Origin: Nitrospirota bacterium
GTDB taxonomy: Bacteria > Nitrospirota > Nitrospiria > Nitrospirales > NS-4
Reading direction: 5' to 3'
Assembly: GCA_005877615.1 (NCBI GenBank)
Contig: VBOD01000106.1
Location: 2,398 to 66,397, forward strand
Length of the DNA: 64,000 nucleotides
The translations under genes were made by a program, and so were the position numbers. Shown in pieces: positions 35,202 through 47,316 of this stretch. A model generated the notes under the pieces. It saw nothing but the letters and a program-made list of their open reading frames with translations, made no database searches and had not been told where the DNA came from. Positions within the stretch are counted from its first letter, which is position 1. Each line of letters opens with the position of its first letter.

Positions 35202-36161
35202 ATGTCAACTCGGCTCGGCATCGCTGCCACGGCACTACTCGCACTGGTCACCGCAGGCTGCATCTCAATTTCCCTCTTCCCGCAGGTCATGCCGCTGCGG
35301 GAGAAGACGGTGCAGGGCACTGCCGCGGACAAGATTCTGATGATGGATATCTCCGGGGTCATCTCCGAGAAGGGCTCCAGTAATCCCCTGAGCGAATCGG
35401 AAGATTTGGTCGCTCGCATCAAGGAGGAACTGACGCTGGCCGCCGAGGACAGCCACATCAAGGCGCTGCTGCTGCGGATCAACAGCCCCGGCGGGACCGT
35501 CACGGCGTCGGACGTCATCCATCACGAGATCAGCGAGTTCAAAACGAAGCGCAAGATTCCCGTCGTGGCCACCATCATGGACATCGGCGCCTCCGGCGGA
35601 TACTACATCGCCGTCGCCGCCGATCAGATCATCGCCCACCCGACGAGCGTGACCGGCAGCGTGGGTGTCATCATGCTGCGCGTCAACGCGGAGGGCTTGC
35701 TCCAGAAGATCGGCGTGGAGGCAGGCGCGATCAAATCCGGCGCGAAGAAGGACATCGGCTCACCCTTCCGTCCGATGAGCGAGGATGAGCGCGCGATCTT
35801 CCAAAGCATGATTAACGGGTTCCAATCGCGCTTCCTCGAGGTGGTCACCAAAGGACGGAAGGCCCTGCCGGCCGACCAGCTCAAGCTTATCGCGGACGGG
35901 CGCGTCCTCACAGGGCCGCAGGCCGTGCAGTTGGGGCTGGTGGACCAGGTCGGCTATCTGGACGATGGGATCGCGGCGGCCAAGCAACTGGCCGGGCTCG
36001 CCGATGCTCGCGTCGTGATGTACGTGCGGCCCGGAACGTACAAAAACAACATCTACTCCCAGGCGCCCGGCACAAGTACTCTGGAAGCCCTGGCGAACCT
36101 GGACATCATGGGGCTGGTCCGCGGCGGGACGCCCCAATTCCTCTACCTATGGATCCCCTGA
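35202..36161 (+). CDS. sppA: Signal peptide peptidase SppA (36K type, S49 family), lipoprotein-like N-terminus
   Basis: 319 aa. LVTAGC lipobox. SPGGTV, GASGGYYIA and SVTGSVGVI signatures. Confidence 0.85.
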   Translation: MSTRLGIAATALLALVTAGCISISLFPQVMPLREKTVQGTAADKILMMDISGVISEKGSSNPLSESEDLVARIKEELTLAAEDSHIKALLLRINSPGGTVTASDVIHHEISEFKTKRKIPVVATIMDIGASGGYYIAVAADQIIAHPTSVTGSVGVIMLRVNAEGLLQKIGVEAGAIKSGAKKDIGSPFRPMSEDERAIFQSMINGFQSRFLEVVTKGRKALPADQLKLIADGRVLTGPQAVQLGLVDQVGYLDDGIAAAKQLAGLADARVVMYVRPGTYKNNIYSQAPGTSTLEALANLDIMGLVRGGTPQFLYLWIP

Positions 36162-37054
36162 TCGCAGACATGATTGGCAGGCGTGATGCCCTTGCCAAGG
36201 TACTCCGGCTCACCACAGGGCTGTGCGGAGTGTGCCTGACCGGAGGTCTGCTAGACCTGTTGATGGGCTGCACGCGCGCACCCATCACTGGCCGCGAACA
36301 ACTGATTTTCTTTTCCGAGGAGACAGAAAATAAGATGGGCATCGAGGCCTACCGGGATGTCCTGCGCCAGTTCCCGCTCAGCACGAACCCGGAGGCCAAT
36401 GCGATGATCCGCCGCGTCGGCGAGCGGATCGCGGCTGCTGCCAACAAGCCGAGTTATGACTGGGAATTTGCCCTGATCCAAGACGATAAGATCATCAACG
36501 CCTTCTGCCTGCCGGGCGGGAAGGTGGCCTTCTTCACCGGCATTCTCAAGCATACGCAGAACGAGGCCGGCGTCGCCACGGTGATGGGCCATGAGGTAAC
36601 CCATGCCCTCCAACGACATGGCGTCGAGCGGATCAGCCGAGGAATCCTCGAGCAGATTGCGCAGGTCGGCGCGATCGCCGGAGCGGCAACAGGGAGGGTG
36701 GATCCCCGGGCGGTCCAGGGCGTCCTGATGGCATACGGCGTCAACGCTTCCTTGCCGTTCAGCCGCGTCCAAGAAAGTGAAGCGGATTACATCGGGCTCC
36801 GCCTGATGGCCCAGGCCGGGTATGATCCCCACGAAGCCATCGCCTTCTGGGAGCGGATGAGCGGATGCCCCCGCAACATGATCGGCAAGCTCTGCTTCCG
36901 GTCCGGCGCAGGCGTGCCGGAGTTCCTGAGCACGCATCCTTCGGAAGAGACCCGGATCAAGAATATCGAACGCTGGATTCCCGAGGCCATGCACTATTAC
37001 AACCCGCCTCCTGACGCGCCACCCACCGCTCCTCCGTCCAAGGCCATGGGCTAA
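36149..37054 (+). CDS. M48-family zinc metallopeptidase (lipoprotein)
   Basis: 301 aa, overlapping sppA by 13 nt. LLMGC lipobox, HEVTHAL (HExxH), and a downstream ESEADYIG glutamate. Confidence 0.85.
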   Translation: MDPLIADMIGRRDALAKVLRLTTGLCGVCLTGGLLDLLMGCTRAPITGREQLIFFSEETENKMGIEAYRDVLRQFPLSTNPEANAMIRRVGERIAAAANKPSYDWEFALIQDDKIINAFCLPGGKVAFFTGILKHTQNEAGVATVMGHEVTHALQRHGVERISRGILEQIAQVGAIAGAATGRVDPRAVQGVLMAYGVNASLPFSRVQESEADYIGLRLMAQAGYDPHEAIAFWERMSGCPRNMIGKLCFRSGAGVPEFLSTHPSEETRIKNIERWIPEAMHYYNPPPDAPPTAPPSKAMG

Positions 37055-37060
37055 ACACCG

Positions 37061-40320
<3,260 letters not shown>

Positions 40321-40324
<4 letters not shown>

Positions 40325-40797
40325 AGATCCCGATCACGAAGAAAGGATACGCGGCGTTGCAGGCCGAGCTCGAGCGGTTGAAGAAGGTCGAGCGCCCCAA
40401 GAACATCAAGGAGATCGAGGAGGCACGGGGCCACGGCGACCTGAGCGAGAACGCGGAATACCACGCCGCCAAAGAACGCCAGAGCCACATTGATGCGCGG
40501 ATCCGCGACCTGGAGCACAAGCTGGCGGAGGCGCAGATCATCGACACCTCGAACCTTTCGACTGAGAAGGTCGTCTTCGGCGCGACCGTCACGGTCAAAG
40601 ATATGCAAACTGAGACAGAGCAGCGCTACACACTCGTCGGCCCGGACGAAGGCGATCTGAAAAACGGCAAGATCTCGGTCCAGTCACCGGTCGGGCGCGC
40701 CCTCATCGGCAAGCGCGTGGGGGATACCGTCGAGGTCAAGACCCCGGCCAAAGTCGTGGAGTACGAAGTGCGCAACATCTGCTTCGAGGACAGCTAG
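40321..40797 (+). CDS. greA: Transcription elongation factor GreA
   Basis: 158 aa with a GTGA overlap to car[15 protein letters not shown] and the C-terminal [11 protein letters not shown] motif. Confidence 0.95.
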
Positions 40798-40805
40798 CCC
40801 CTTCC

Positions 40806-41636
40806 ATGGCACGGTCGCCGGACAGCCCTGAATCTGTCCCGCCGCCCATCATCACCCTGCTGACGGACTTCGGCGCCGCCGACGTCTTCGTCGGCAGCAT
40901 GAAGGGCGTGATCCTCGGGATCAACCCGCACGCCCAGATCATCGACCTGACCCATGACATCCCCGCCCACAACATCCGCGCCGGCGCCTATCTCCTGCAT
41001 TCCGCGTCCCGTCACTTTCCACCCGGCACGATCCATGTGGCAGTGGTGGACCCGGGCGTCGGCAGCGAGCGCAGGCCGTTGCTCGTGACCACACGCTCGT
41101 ACCATTTCCTGGCGCCCGACAACGGTCTCCTGAGCTACATCCTTGCAGCAGAACCGAAAGCTGAAATCCGCGAGCTGACGGCGAAGCAGTACTTCCTGGG
41201 CACGGTCGGCTCGACGTTCCATGGCCGCGACCTCTTCGCGCCGGCAGCCGCGTGGCTCTCCCTGGACGAACCGACCGACGCCTTCGGGCCACGGATCGAC
41301 GATCCGGTCCGCTATGAAGTGCGCCAGCCCACGTTAGAAGAAGGCCGGCTAGTGGGTGAAGTCCTGCACGTTGACCGCTTCGGCAATCTCATTACCAACA
41401 TCAGCCAGACCATCTTGCGCGAGGCCTTGGGAACGGCCGAGTGGGCAAGGGTCCAGGTGCGCATCAGGAACACCGACGTGCAGGGCCTCCGGCGTTTCTA
41501 CGCCGACGCGCCGCCGAAAACCCTGGCGGCGCTAATCAACAGCGATAATCTTTTAGAGCTGTTCTGCAACCAAGGCCGGGCGGATGAGCTGGTGAAGGCG
41601 GAGATCGGCGAGCGCGTCGAGGTGAGGATGGCGTGA
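40806..41636 (+). CDS. SAM hydroxide adenosyltransferase (DUF62) family protein
   Basis: 276 aa. ITLLTDFG..D.FVGSMKGV, IDLTHDIP and VAVVDPGVG are family signatures. Confidence 0.8.
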   Translation: MARSPDSPESVPPPIITLLTDFGAADVFVGSMKGVILGINPHAQIIDLTHDIPAHNIRAGAYLLHSASRHFPPGTIHVAVVDPGVGSERRPLLVTTRSYHFLAPDNGLLSYILAAEPKAEIRELTAKQYFLGTVGSTFHGRDLFAPAAAWLSLDEPTDAFGPRIDDPVRYEVRQPTLEEGRLVGEVLHVDRFGNLITNISQTILREALGTAEWARVQVRIRNTDVQGLRRFYADAPPKTLAALINSDNLLELFCNQGRADELVKAEIGERVEVRMA

Positions 41637-42022
41637 GCGCTCTGCCGCGGGTCCACACCGCCCAAGCCGGGTCTCCGCGTCAACGCGGCGAGGGGCTCCG
41701 TATCGGGGTCGTCCGGTTCCTCCCGCGGGGCGTCAGCAAGAGAGACTATGCCCGGAAAAACTACTTCGATGTCTGGCTCCCGTCTCTGGCCCCCAGCCGG
41801 CCATTGCTCTCGCGGTTTTTGAAATCCGGGATGCCCATCACGACCTTCTTCCGACAATTCCGGAAGGAGATGGAGGGCACGGAACCGCGCCAGGTGATCA
41901 AGCTCCTGGCGGAGATCGCCAAACGAACGCCGATCGCCATCTGCTGTTATTGCGAGGATGAAGCCCGGTGTCACCGCTCGGTGCTCATCGAGCTCATTTG
42001 CAAGGCGAATCACTCATATTGA
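41633..42022 (+). CDS. DUF488-like protein
   Basis: 129 aa with a GTGA overlap to the upstream gene. WLPSLAPSRPLL...IAICCYCEDEARCHRSVL is the DUF488 pattern. Confidence 0.7.
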   Translation: MSALPRVHTAQAGSPRQRGEGLRIGVVRFLPRGVSKRDYARKNYFDVWLPSLAPSRPLLSRFLKSGMPITTFFRQFRKEMEGTEPRQVIKLLAEIAKRTPIAICCYCEDEARCHRSVLIELICKANHSY

Positions 42023-42051
42023 TCAATAAGTCCAACAGGGGAGGGGATACC

Positions 42052-42330
42052 ATGACAAGCACGTGGCAGACGCTGGGGTTGGGCGGGTTCGTGCTGGCGG
42101 CGACGCTGGCCTTCACGGCAGGCACGTCGCAAGCGATCGAGCAGAGCGAGCAGGGCAAACGTGAGATGCACGAGCAGATGAGAAACGAGATGCGCCAACT
42201 GGAGGACAAGCACGAGCAGGACCGGCGCTCGCACCAGGACAAGTGCAAGCAAGACATGCGGGCCATGGAGGACCGGCATCATAGCGAAAGAGAGGCGCTG
42301 CAGCAGAAATACATGGGCAGCAAGAAATGA
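42052..42330 (+). CDS. Small secreted, highly charged helical protein
   Basis: ATG 42052 after a GGGGAGGGG SD. Signal peptide GGFVLAATLAFTAGTSQA, then an E/R/K/Q/H/M-rich sequence. No family recognised. Confidence 0.5.
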   Translation: MTSTWQTLGLGGFVLAATLAFTAGTSQAIEQSEQGKREMHEQMRNEMRQLEDKHEQDRRSHQDKCKQDMRAMEDRHHSEREALQQKYMGSKK

Positions 42331-42339
42331 AATAGTCGT

Positions 42340-42816
42340 ATGGTTGCGCTCAAGACATTGCTCTTCACGACCCTGGTCCCCGGGACGGTGACGGTCCTTG
42401 TTCCGTATCTTTTGCTCTCTTGGGACATCCAGGTCTTCTCCTTTGAGCTCGGCGCCATTCGGTTCTTGGGACTGCCTCCGATCCTGCTGGGCGCCGTGAC
42501 CTATCTGTGGTGTGCCTGGGACTTCACCTTCACTGGTCGAGGCACACCCGCGCCGATCGACCCGCCGAAGGAATTAGTGGTGAAAGGCCTTTATCGCTAC
42601 GTGAGAAATCCGATGTATGTGGGCATCACGCTCATCCTGCTCGGGGAGGCCTTGCTGTTCGAGGCGGCAGTCCTGTTCCTCTATGCCGGACTCCTGCTTG
42701 TGTGCGCCCATCTGTTCATCGTGTACTACGAGGAGCCAACCTTGCGGCGATTGTTCGGGGCATCATACGAGTCGTATTGCAAATCTGTATCCCGGTGGAC
42801 TCCTCGCCTGCCGTGA
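42340..42816 (+). CDS. Isoprenylcysteine carboxyl methyltransferase (ICMT/PEMT-like) family membrane protein
   Basis: 158 aa. LVVKGLYRYVRNPMYVG...EEPTLRRLFG is the family signature. Confidence 0.75.
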   Translation: MVALKTLLFTTLVPGTVTVLVPYLLLSWDIQVFSFELGAIRFLGLPPILLGAVTYLWCAWDFTFTGRGTPAPIDPPKELVVKGLYRYVRNPMYVGITLILLGEALLFEAAVLFLYAGLLLVCAHLFIVYYEEPTLRRLFGASYESYCKSVSRWTPRLP

Positions 42817-44753
42817 GACGCCTTCCCTGCATTGGTTTCCTCCTTCTCTTTTTCTTCACCTCGGTCCATGCCGAAGAAGCGGCAATTCTCCCCGGCGACA
42901 ACCTGGTCGTCGAGGGCATCCCTAGAGTGCCGGCCACGCTCGCCGAGACGGTGAGCCGGTACACCGAGTTCCGTCGTGCGGCCTTCTTGAGCTGGCACCC
43001 GAGCAAGCGCGAAATGCTCGTCCGCACGCGCTTCGCCGAGACGGTGCAGTTGCACCAGGTCCGGTTCCCGGGCGGGGCCCGCACGCAACTCACCTTCTTC
43101 TCCGATCCGGTCCATAGCGCCTCGTACCCGCCGAAGGACGCGCGGTGGTTCATCTTCAGCAAGGATACCGGCGGGAACGAGTTCTACCAGTACTATCGTT
43201 ATGATCTGGACTCCGGCGACGTGATCCTTCTGACCGACGGCAAGTCCCGGAACACCTCCGCCGTCTTTTCGAATTCCGGTGATCGGCTGGCCTATAGCTC
43301 CACCCGGCGGAACGGGAAGGACACGGACCTCTACGCCCTCAAACCAGCCGATCGCAGCAGCGATCGACTGCTGGCCCAACTGGAGGGCAGTGGGTGGCGG
43401 GCCCTGGACTGGTCGCCGGACGACCGCACGCTGCTCGTCCTGGAGTTCATCTCTGCCAACGAGAGCTACCTGTGGCTGTTCGACGCAGCGACCGGGCAGC
43501 GCACTCTGCTCACACCCAAAGGCGGCGCCGAGCCGGTATCCTACGGCGGGGGACGGTTCTCGCGAGACAGGAAGGGGCTGTACGTCACGACGGACCGCGA
43601 CGCGGAGTTTCACCAACTCGCGTACCTGGACCTCGCAACGAAGAAGCATACCGCTCTGACGGGCCACATCACCTGGGGGGTCGAGGATTTCGACCTGTCG
43701 CGGGACGGGAAATGGCTGGCCTTCGTCACCAACGAGGACGGCGTGAGCGTGTTGCATGTGCTCGAGACGGCGACCGGGCAGGAACGGCCGGTCCCGAAGT
43801 TCCCGGTCGGCGTCATCGGCGGGCTCCAGTGGCACGCCAACAGCACCGAGCTCGGCGTGACCTTCGAATCCGTGCGCACCCCGGCCGACGTGTACTCGTA
43901 CAACGTCACCACGGACACCGTCGAGCGCTGGACATACAGCGAGACGGGTGGCCTGAACACCGCGACTTTCCCCGAGCCGGAGCTGGTCCGCTGGAAGAGT
44001 TTCGACGGGCGAACGATTTCCGGATTCCTGTACCGTCCGCCCGTACGCTTCACCGGCAAGCGCCCGGTCGCCGTGAATATCCACGGCGGCCCGGAAAGCC
44101 AGGCCCGCCCGCATTTCCTCGCGCGGCAGAACTTCTGGCTCAACGAGCTGGGGGTCGCCCTGCTTTACCCGAACATCCGCGGGTCGGCCGGGTACGGCAA
44201 GACCTTCCTCAAACTCGACAACGGCCAACTCCGGCAAGACGCCTACAAAGACGTCGGCGCGCTGCTGGACTGGATCAGAACCCGGCCGGAACTGGACGCC
44301 GATCGCGTGATGGTGTGGGGCGCGAGCTACGGCGGACACGTGACGCTGATGGCGGGCACGCTCTACAACGACCGGGTCCGTTGCCTGCTGGACATCGTCG
44401 GCATCTCCAATCTCGTGACGTTCCTGCAGGCTACCGAAAGCTACCGGCGCGACCTGCGCCGTGTGGAGTACGGGGATGAGCGCGACCCGGAGACGCGCGC
44501 GTTCATGGAGCGGATCGCGCCGGTGCACAACGCGGACAAGCTGAAGAAACCGCTCTTCGTCGTCCAGGGCAGGAACGACCCGCGCGTGCCACTGAGCGAG
44601 GCCGAGCAGATGGTCTCGACCGTCCGGAAGAACGGCACGCCCGTCTGGTACCTGCTGGCCAAGGACGAGGGGCACGGCTTCTCGAAGAAGAAAAACGTGG
44701 ACTACCTCTTCTACGCATCGGTCCTGTTCGTCCAGGAATACCTGCTGAAGTGA
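42813..44753 (+). CDS. S9-family serine peptidase with an N-terminal beta-propeller (secreted)
   Basis: GTG 42813 (GTGA overlap) gives a signal peptide. TolB-like propeller repeats are followed by catalytic GASYGG, D, and EGHGF. The ORF-track start at 42507 lies inside the ICMT gene. Confidence 0.85.
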   Translation: MRRLPCIGFLLLFFFTSVHAEEAAILPGDNLVVEGIPRVPATLAETVSRYTEFRRAAFLSWHPSKREMLVRTRFAETVQLHQVRFPGGARTQLTFFSDPVHSASYPPKDARWFIFSKDTGGNEFYQYYRYDLDSGDVILLTDGKSRNTSAVFSNSGDRLAYSSTRRNGKDTDLYALKPADRSSDRLLAQLEGSGWRALDWSPDDRTLLVLEFISANESYLWLFDAATGQRTLLTPKGGAEPVSYGGGRFSRDRKGLYVTTDRDAEFHQLAYLDLATKKHTALTGHITWGVEDFDLSRDGKWLAFVTNEDGVSVLHVLETATGQERPVPKFPVGVIGGLQWHANSTELGVTFESVRTPADVYSYNVTTDTVERWTYSETGGLNTATFPEPELVRWKSFDGRTISGFLYRPPVRFTGKRPVAVNIHGGPESQARPHFLARQNFWLNELGVALLYPNIRGSAGYGKTFLKLDNGQLRQDAYKDVGALLDWIRTRPELDADRVMVWGASYGGHVTLMAGTLYNDRVRCLLDIVGISNLVTFLQATESYRRDLRRVEYGDERDPETRAFMERIAPVHNADKLKKPLFVVQGRNDPRVPLSEAEQMVSTVRKNGTPVWYLLAKDEGHGFSKKKNVDYLFYASVLFVQEYLLK

Positions 44754-44837
44754 GTCGCCTCCTCTAAACACTCACCTGCCACTTTAACAATTCGCTCGTA
44801 ATCCCATACCCAGCCGAGAATCGAAAGCTGAAGAAAT

Positions 44838-44865
44838 CTTCATGCTTCCTTCATAAATCATTCAT
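44838..44865 (+). promoter_or_regulatory. Three phased direct hexamers CTTCAT-N5-CTTCAT-N5-ATTCAT (candidate response-regulator box)
   Basis: Hexamers at 44838-43, 44849-54 and 44860-65, giving an exact 11-bp period. TAGTCT (44876-81) lies 10 nt downstream and could serve as a -10. The ATG of the next gene is at 44928. Confidence 0.4.
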
Positions 44866-44927
44866 CTTCGCCGAGTAGTCTGCCTCCCATGCCTGATCGA
44901 CAACCTTCGTACCAAAGGAGGATACCC

Positions 44928-45710
44928 ATGAAGCCGAGAGTCTCGTGGGCCTTGATGACGCTTTCCGCAAGTGTGATGGCTCTTGGGCTGGCGGCCTGCA
45001 CGGTCACCCGAAACTGGCAGTACCCGCCCGATCCCCCCGGGACGCTGCTCAGCGTCAAAGGGTCGAGAACCCTTCCCGTGACTGTGGTGGTGCTCCCCCT
45101 CCGCGATCTCCGCGGAGCGAACGTCGAGCGAGGAAGCGGGCGGTTGGCCCTCCCCTTGGTCCCGTATGCCGTGAACTCGTTCGACCGCCCGGAAACCGTT
45201 CAGGATCCGGAAGGGGTGCGGCTGATCCGCATGAACCCATCGCAAGACTTCGCCATGGCGATCGCGAGAGAACTGCGACATGCTGGCATCTTTTCGACGG
45301 TTAGTTTCGCCGAATCGCTCACAACGAAGCCGGATCTCGTCCTAAGCGGGACGATCCGCTCCACCAACTGGCGGCGATCCTTCACCACTTACGGGCTAGG
45401 GCCCCTGGGGCCTTTCTTCTGGATTTTAGGCGCTCCCATGGGGAAGGCCACCAATACGGTCGCCATGGATCTCCAACTCACGCCGGCGAATGAGCCGTCC
45501 CGCGCGATGTGGCAATTCACGATGGAATTCGAGGACAACCACCTGTTCGGCATCTATTACGGGATGGAACAATCAGTGGAGAACTATGCCAATGCCGTAC
45601 AGGAGACTCTCAAGCCCGCCATCAGCAATCTGGTCAAGATCGCAACCGAGCATCCTGAGCTGTTGCGGCCTGGTTCAGCAGCAGGCGTGAGCACTGCCCA
45701 GAGTCACTAG
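44928..45710 (+). CDS. Lipoprotein of unknown function
   Basis: ATG 44928 after an AAAGGAGGA SD. Lipobox LGLAAC. About 260 aa with no recognised family. Confidence 0.6.
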   Translation: MKPRVSWALMTLSASVMALGLAACTVTRNWQYPPDPPGTLLSVKGSRTLPVTVVVLPLRDLRGANVERGSGRLALPLVPYAVNSFDRPETVQDPEGVRLIRMNPSQDFAMAIARELRHAGIFSTVSFAESLTTKPDLVLSGTIRSTNWRRSFTTYGLGPLGPFFWILGAPMGKATNTVAMDLQLTPANEPSRAMWQFTMEFEDNHLFGIYYGMEQSVENYANAVQETLKPAISNLVKIATEHPELLRPGSAAGVSTAQSH

Positions 45711-45734
45711 TGGTTCAGGAATGAGGAGGATGCC

Positions 45735-46268
45735 ATGAAACAGCCTACCATGCTACGAGTCGTAGTGAGTATAACCGCTTGTCTCGTCTTGGTGAGTCCC
45801 TATGTGTTCGCTGCAGGGGATCAAGAGCTTAGCAAAACCGCGCCGATAGTCCGCATCATGCAGTCCGGCGATAGCCTGGAACTCGTATTCCACGAGGACA
45901 GCGGCACGCCGATCAAGGAAACTATTCCCATTCATCGCGTGGGCTCCGTCAGGTACTTCAGCGCCGGCATCGGTTTGGAGGAACGCTCGGCCCACTATCC
46001 GGCGTTTCCTCTCAAGCTGGTCTTCGTAGCCGGTCCCAAGGCCTATTTGAGCCAAGTGTCGGTCACGATAACGGATCGGCAGGGGAAGGTTCATCTCCAG
46101 ATCCCGCCCAAACAGGTCACTGGACCATGGCTCTTTGTCGATCTGCCTCCCGGGAACTACGACATCTCTGCGGAAGGGCCGGGGAAGGCCTCAATTAAGG
46201 AGCACGTGACGCTCTCGGCCAAAGAGACCAAGACCATCTATCTACGGTGGAAGGAGGAGACGGCATGA
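45735..46268 (+). CDS. Secreted protein with a carboxypeptidase-regulatory-like (beta-sandwich) C-terminal domain
   Basis: 177 aa with a signal peptide. The C-terminal VSVTITDRQGKV...LPPGNYDISAEGPG...VTLSAKETKTIYL reads like a CarboxypepD_reg-type fold. Confidence 0.5.
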   Translation: MKQPTMLRVVVSITACLVLVSPYVFAAGDQELSKTAPIVRIMQSGDSLELVFHEDSGTPIKETIPIHRVGSVRYFSAGIGLEERSAHYPAFPLKLVFVAGPKAYLSQVSVTITDRQGKVHLQIPPKQVTGPWLFVDLPPGNYDISAEGPGKASIKEHVTLSAKETKTIYLRWKEETA

Positions 46269-46879
46269 TGAACCAAGGCCAGCGAGTCATTAGCATGGCA
46301 GCAATGGTGGGACTGCTTGGAGCCCTCGTGCTAGCAGGCTGTTCCACTAAAAACGTCGCGGTCACTACCGCAGATAACCCAACGACGCCAGGGCAGGCCG
46401 AAACGAAAGCCGCTGGTAATGCGCCCTTGAAAGGTTTTTCGAAAAATCCTGTCGAGGAGCAAGTGACACAGCCGGCACCGATGGTCATGGCCAAGGCCGA
46501 GCAGCCTACAAGCCAGGTCCGCAAGGGCAGTGAAGTGGCATCGCAAAAGCTCGCGGACATCTATTTCGCGTTCGACCGCTGGGGGCTCTCCTCAGACGGC
46601 AAGAAGTACCTCGTTGAAGATGCCGAGACGCTGAAACAACACCCCGAGGCGAAACTCGTGATCGAGGGCTACTGCGACGAGCGCGGGAGCCATGAATACA
46701 ACCTCGTGCTGGGGGAGAAGCGGGCGCAGGAAGCCACGCGGTACCTCGAGACCCTCGGGATCAAGAATCCCCTGAAAGTCATCAGCTACGGGAAGGAGCG
46801 TCAGGTCTGCACCGAGCAAGATGAATCGTGCTACTGGAAAAATCGCAGAGCCCACTTGCTGATCGAAACCGGGAAGTGA
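46265..46879 (+). CDS. pal: Peptidoglycan-associated lipoprotein (Pal/OmpA family)
   Basis: ATG 46265 overlaps the upstream TGA. Lipobox LVLAGC. OmpA-like domain IYFAFDRWGL...IEGYCDERGSHEYNLVLGEKRA. Confidence 0.85.
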   Translation: MMNQGQRVISMAAMVGLLGALVLAGCSTKNVAVTTADNPTTPGQAETKAAGNAPLKGFSKNPVEEQVTQPAPMVMAKAEQPTSQVRKGSEVASQKLADIYFAFDRWGLSSDGKKYLVEDAETLKQHPEAKLVIEGYCDERGSHEYNLVLGEKRAQEATRYLETLGIKNPLKVISYGKERQVCTEQDESCYWKNRRAHLLIETGK

Positions 46880-46888
46880 GGTGACGTC

Positions 46889-47296
46889 ATGAAAGAAAAA
46901 GCAATGCTCTTGCTTGCAGGGATGCTGGTGATGCTGGCCACCTCGGGGGCCAAAGCCTACGCCGAAGAGATGCTGGGCGGCGAGCCCAAAGAGTTCCATG
47001 CCGCGATCATCACGATGGGCAAACATACCGTGATCCTGCCCTCGGCTATCATTGTGGACGAGAAGGCAAGGCGCCAGCCGATGGAGCTCGTCGTGACCAA
47101 TGACACCAAACACAAGCACGGCTTCGCGATCGACAAGTTGAACGTGAAGGAAGTCTTGAAGCCCAATGAGACAAAGACGATCAAGATTTCGGTGACGGAC
47201 CTAGATTCCTTAGGTGGGTCAGAACAGAGCGCGTATCGAATCTATGATCCGCTTGATCACAAGACGGTGACGGGTCAGTTATACGTCCGACGCTAG
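46889..47296 (+). CDS. Secreted cupredoxin-like domain protein with a degenerate copper site
   Basis: 135 aa with a signal peptide. ELVVTNDTKHKHGFAI...YRIYDPLDHKTVTGQLYV follows a cupredoxin layout, but Asp sits where the Cys ligand is expected. Confidence 0.4.
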   Translation: MKEKAMLLLAGMLVMLATSGAKAYAEEMLGGEPKEFHAAIITMGKHTVILPSAIIVDEKARRQPMELVVTNDTKHKHGFAIDKLNVKEVLKPNETKTIKISVTDLDSLGGSEQSAYRIYDPLDHKTVTGQLYVRR

Positions 47297-47316
47297 TGGC
47301 CGGTGAGGAGGTAACC

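Noticed and set aside
42507-42812. N-terminal extension of the S9 peptidase ORF into the ICMT-like gene
   Set aside because: It overlaps a gene with a clear family motif. GTG 42813 yields a proper signal peptide and overlaps the upstream stop.
42726-44771. 681-aa ORF on the minus strand, plus the nested 43394-44479 (+) ORF, covering the S9 peptidase region
   Set aside because: Both are antisense or out of frame relative to a gene with clear catalytic motifs. Their sequences are Arg/Gly/Pro/Ala-rich, as is typical of shadow ORFs in GC-rich DNA.
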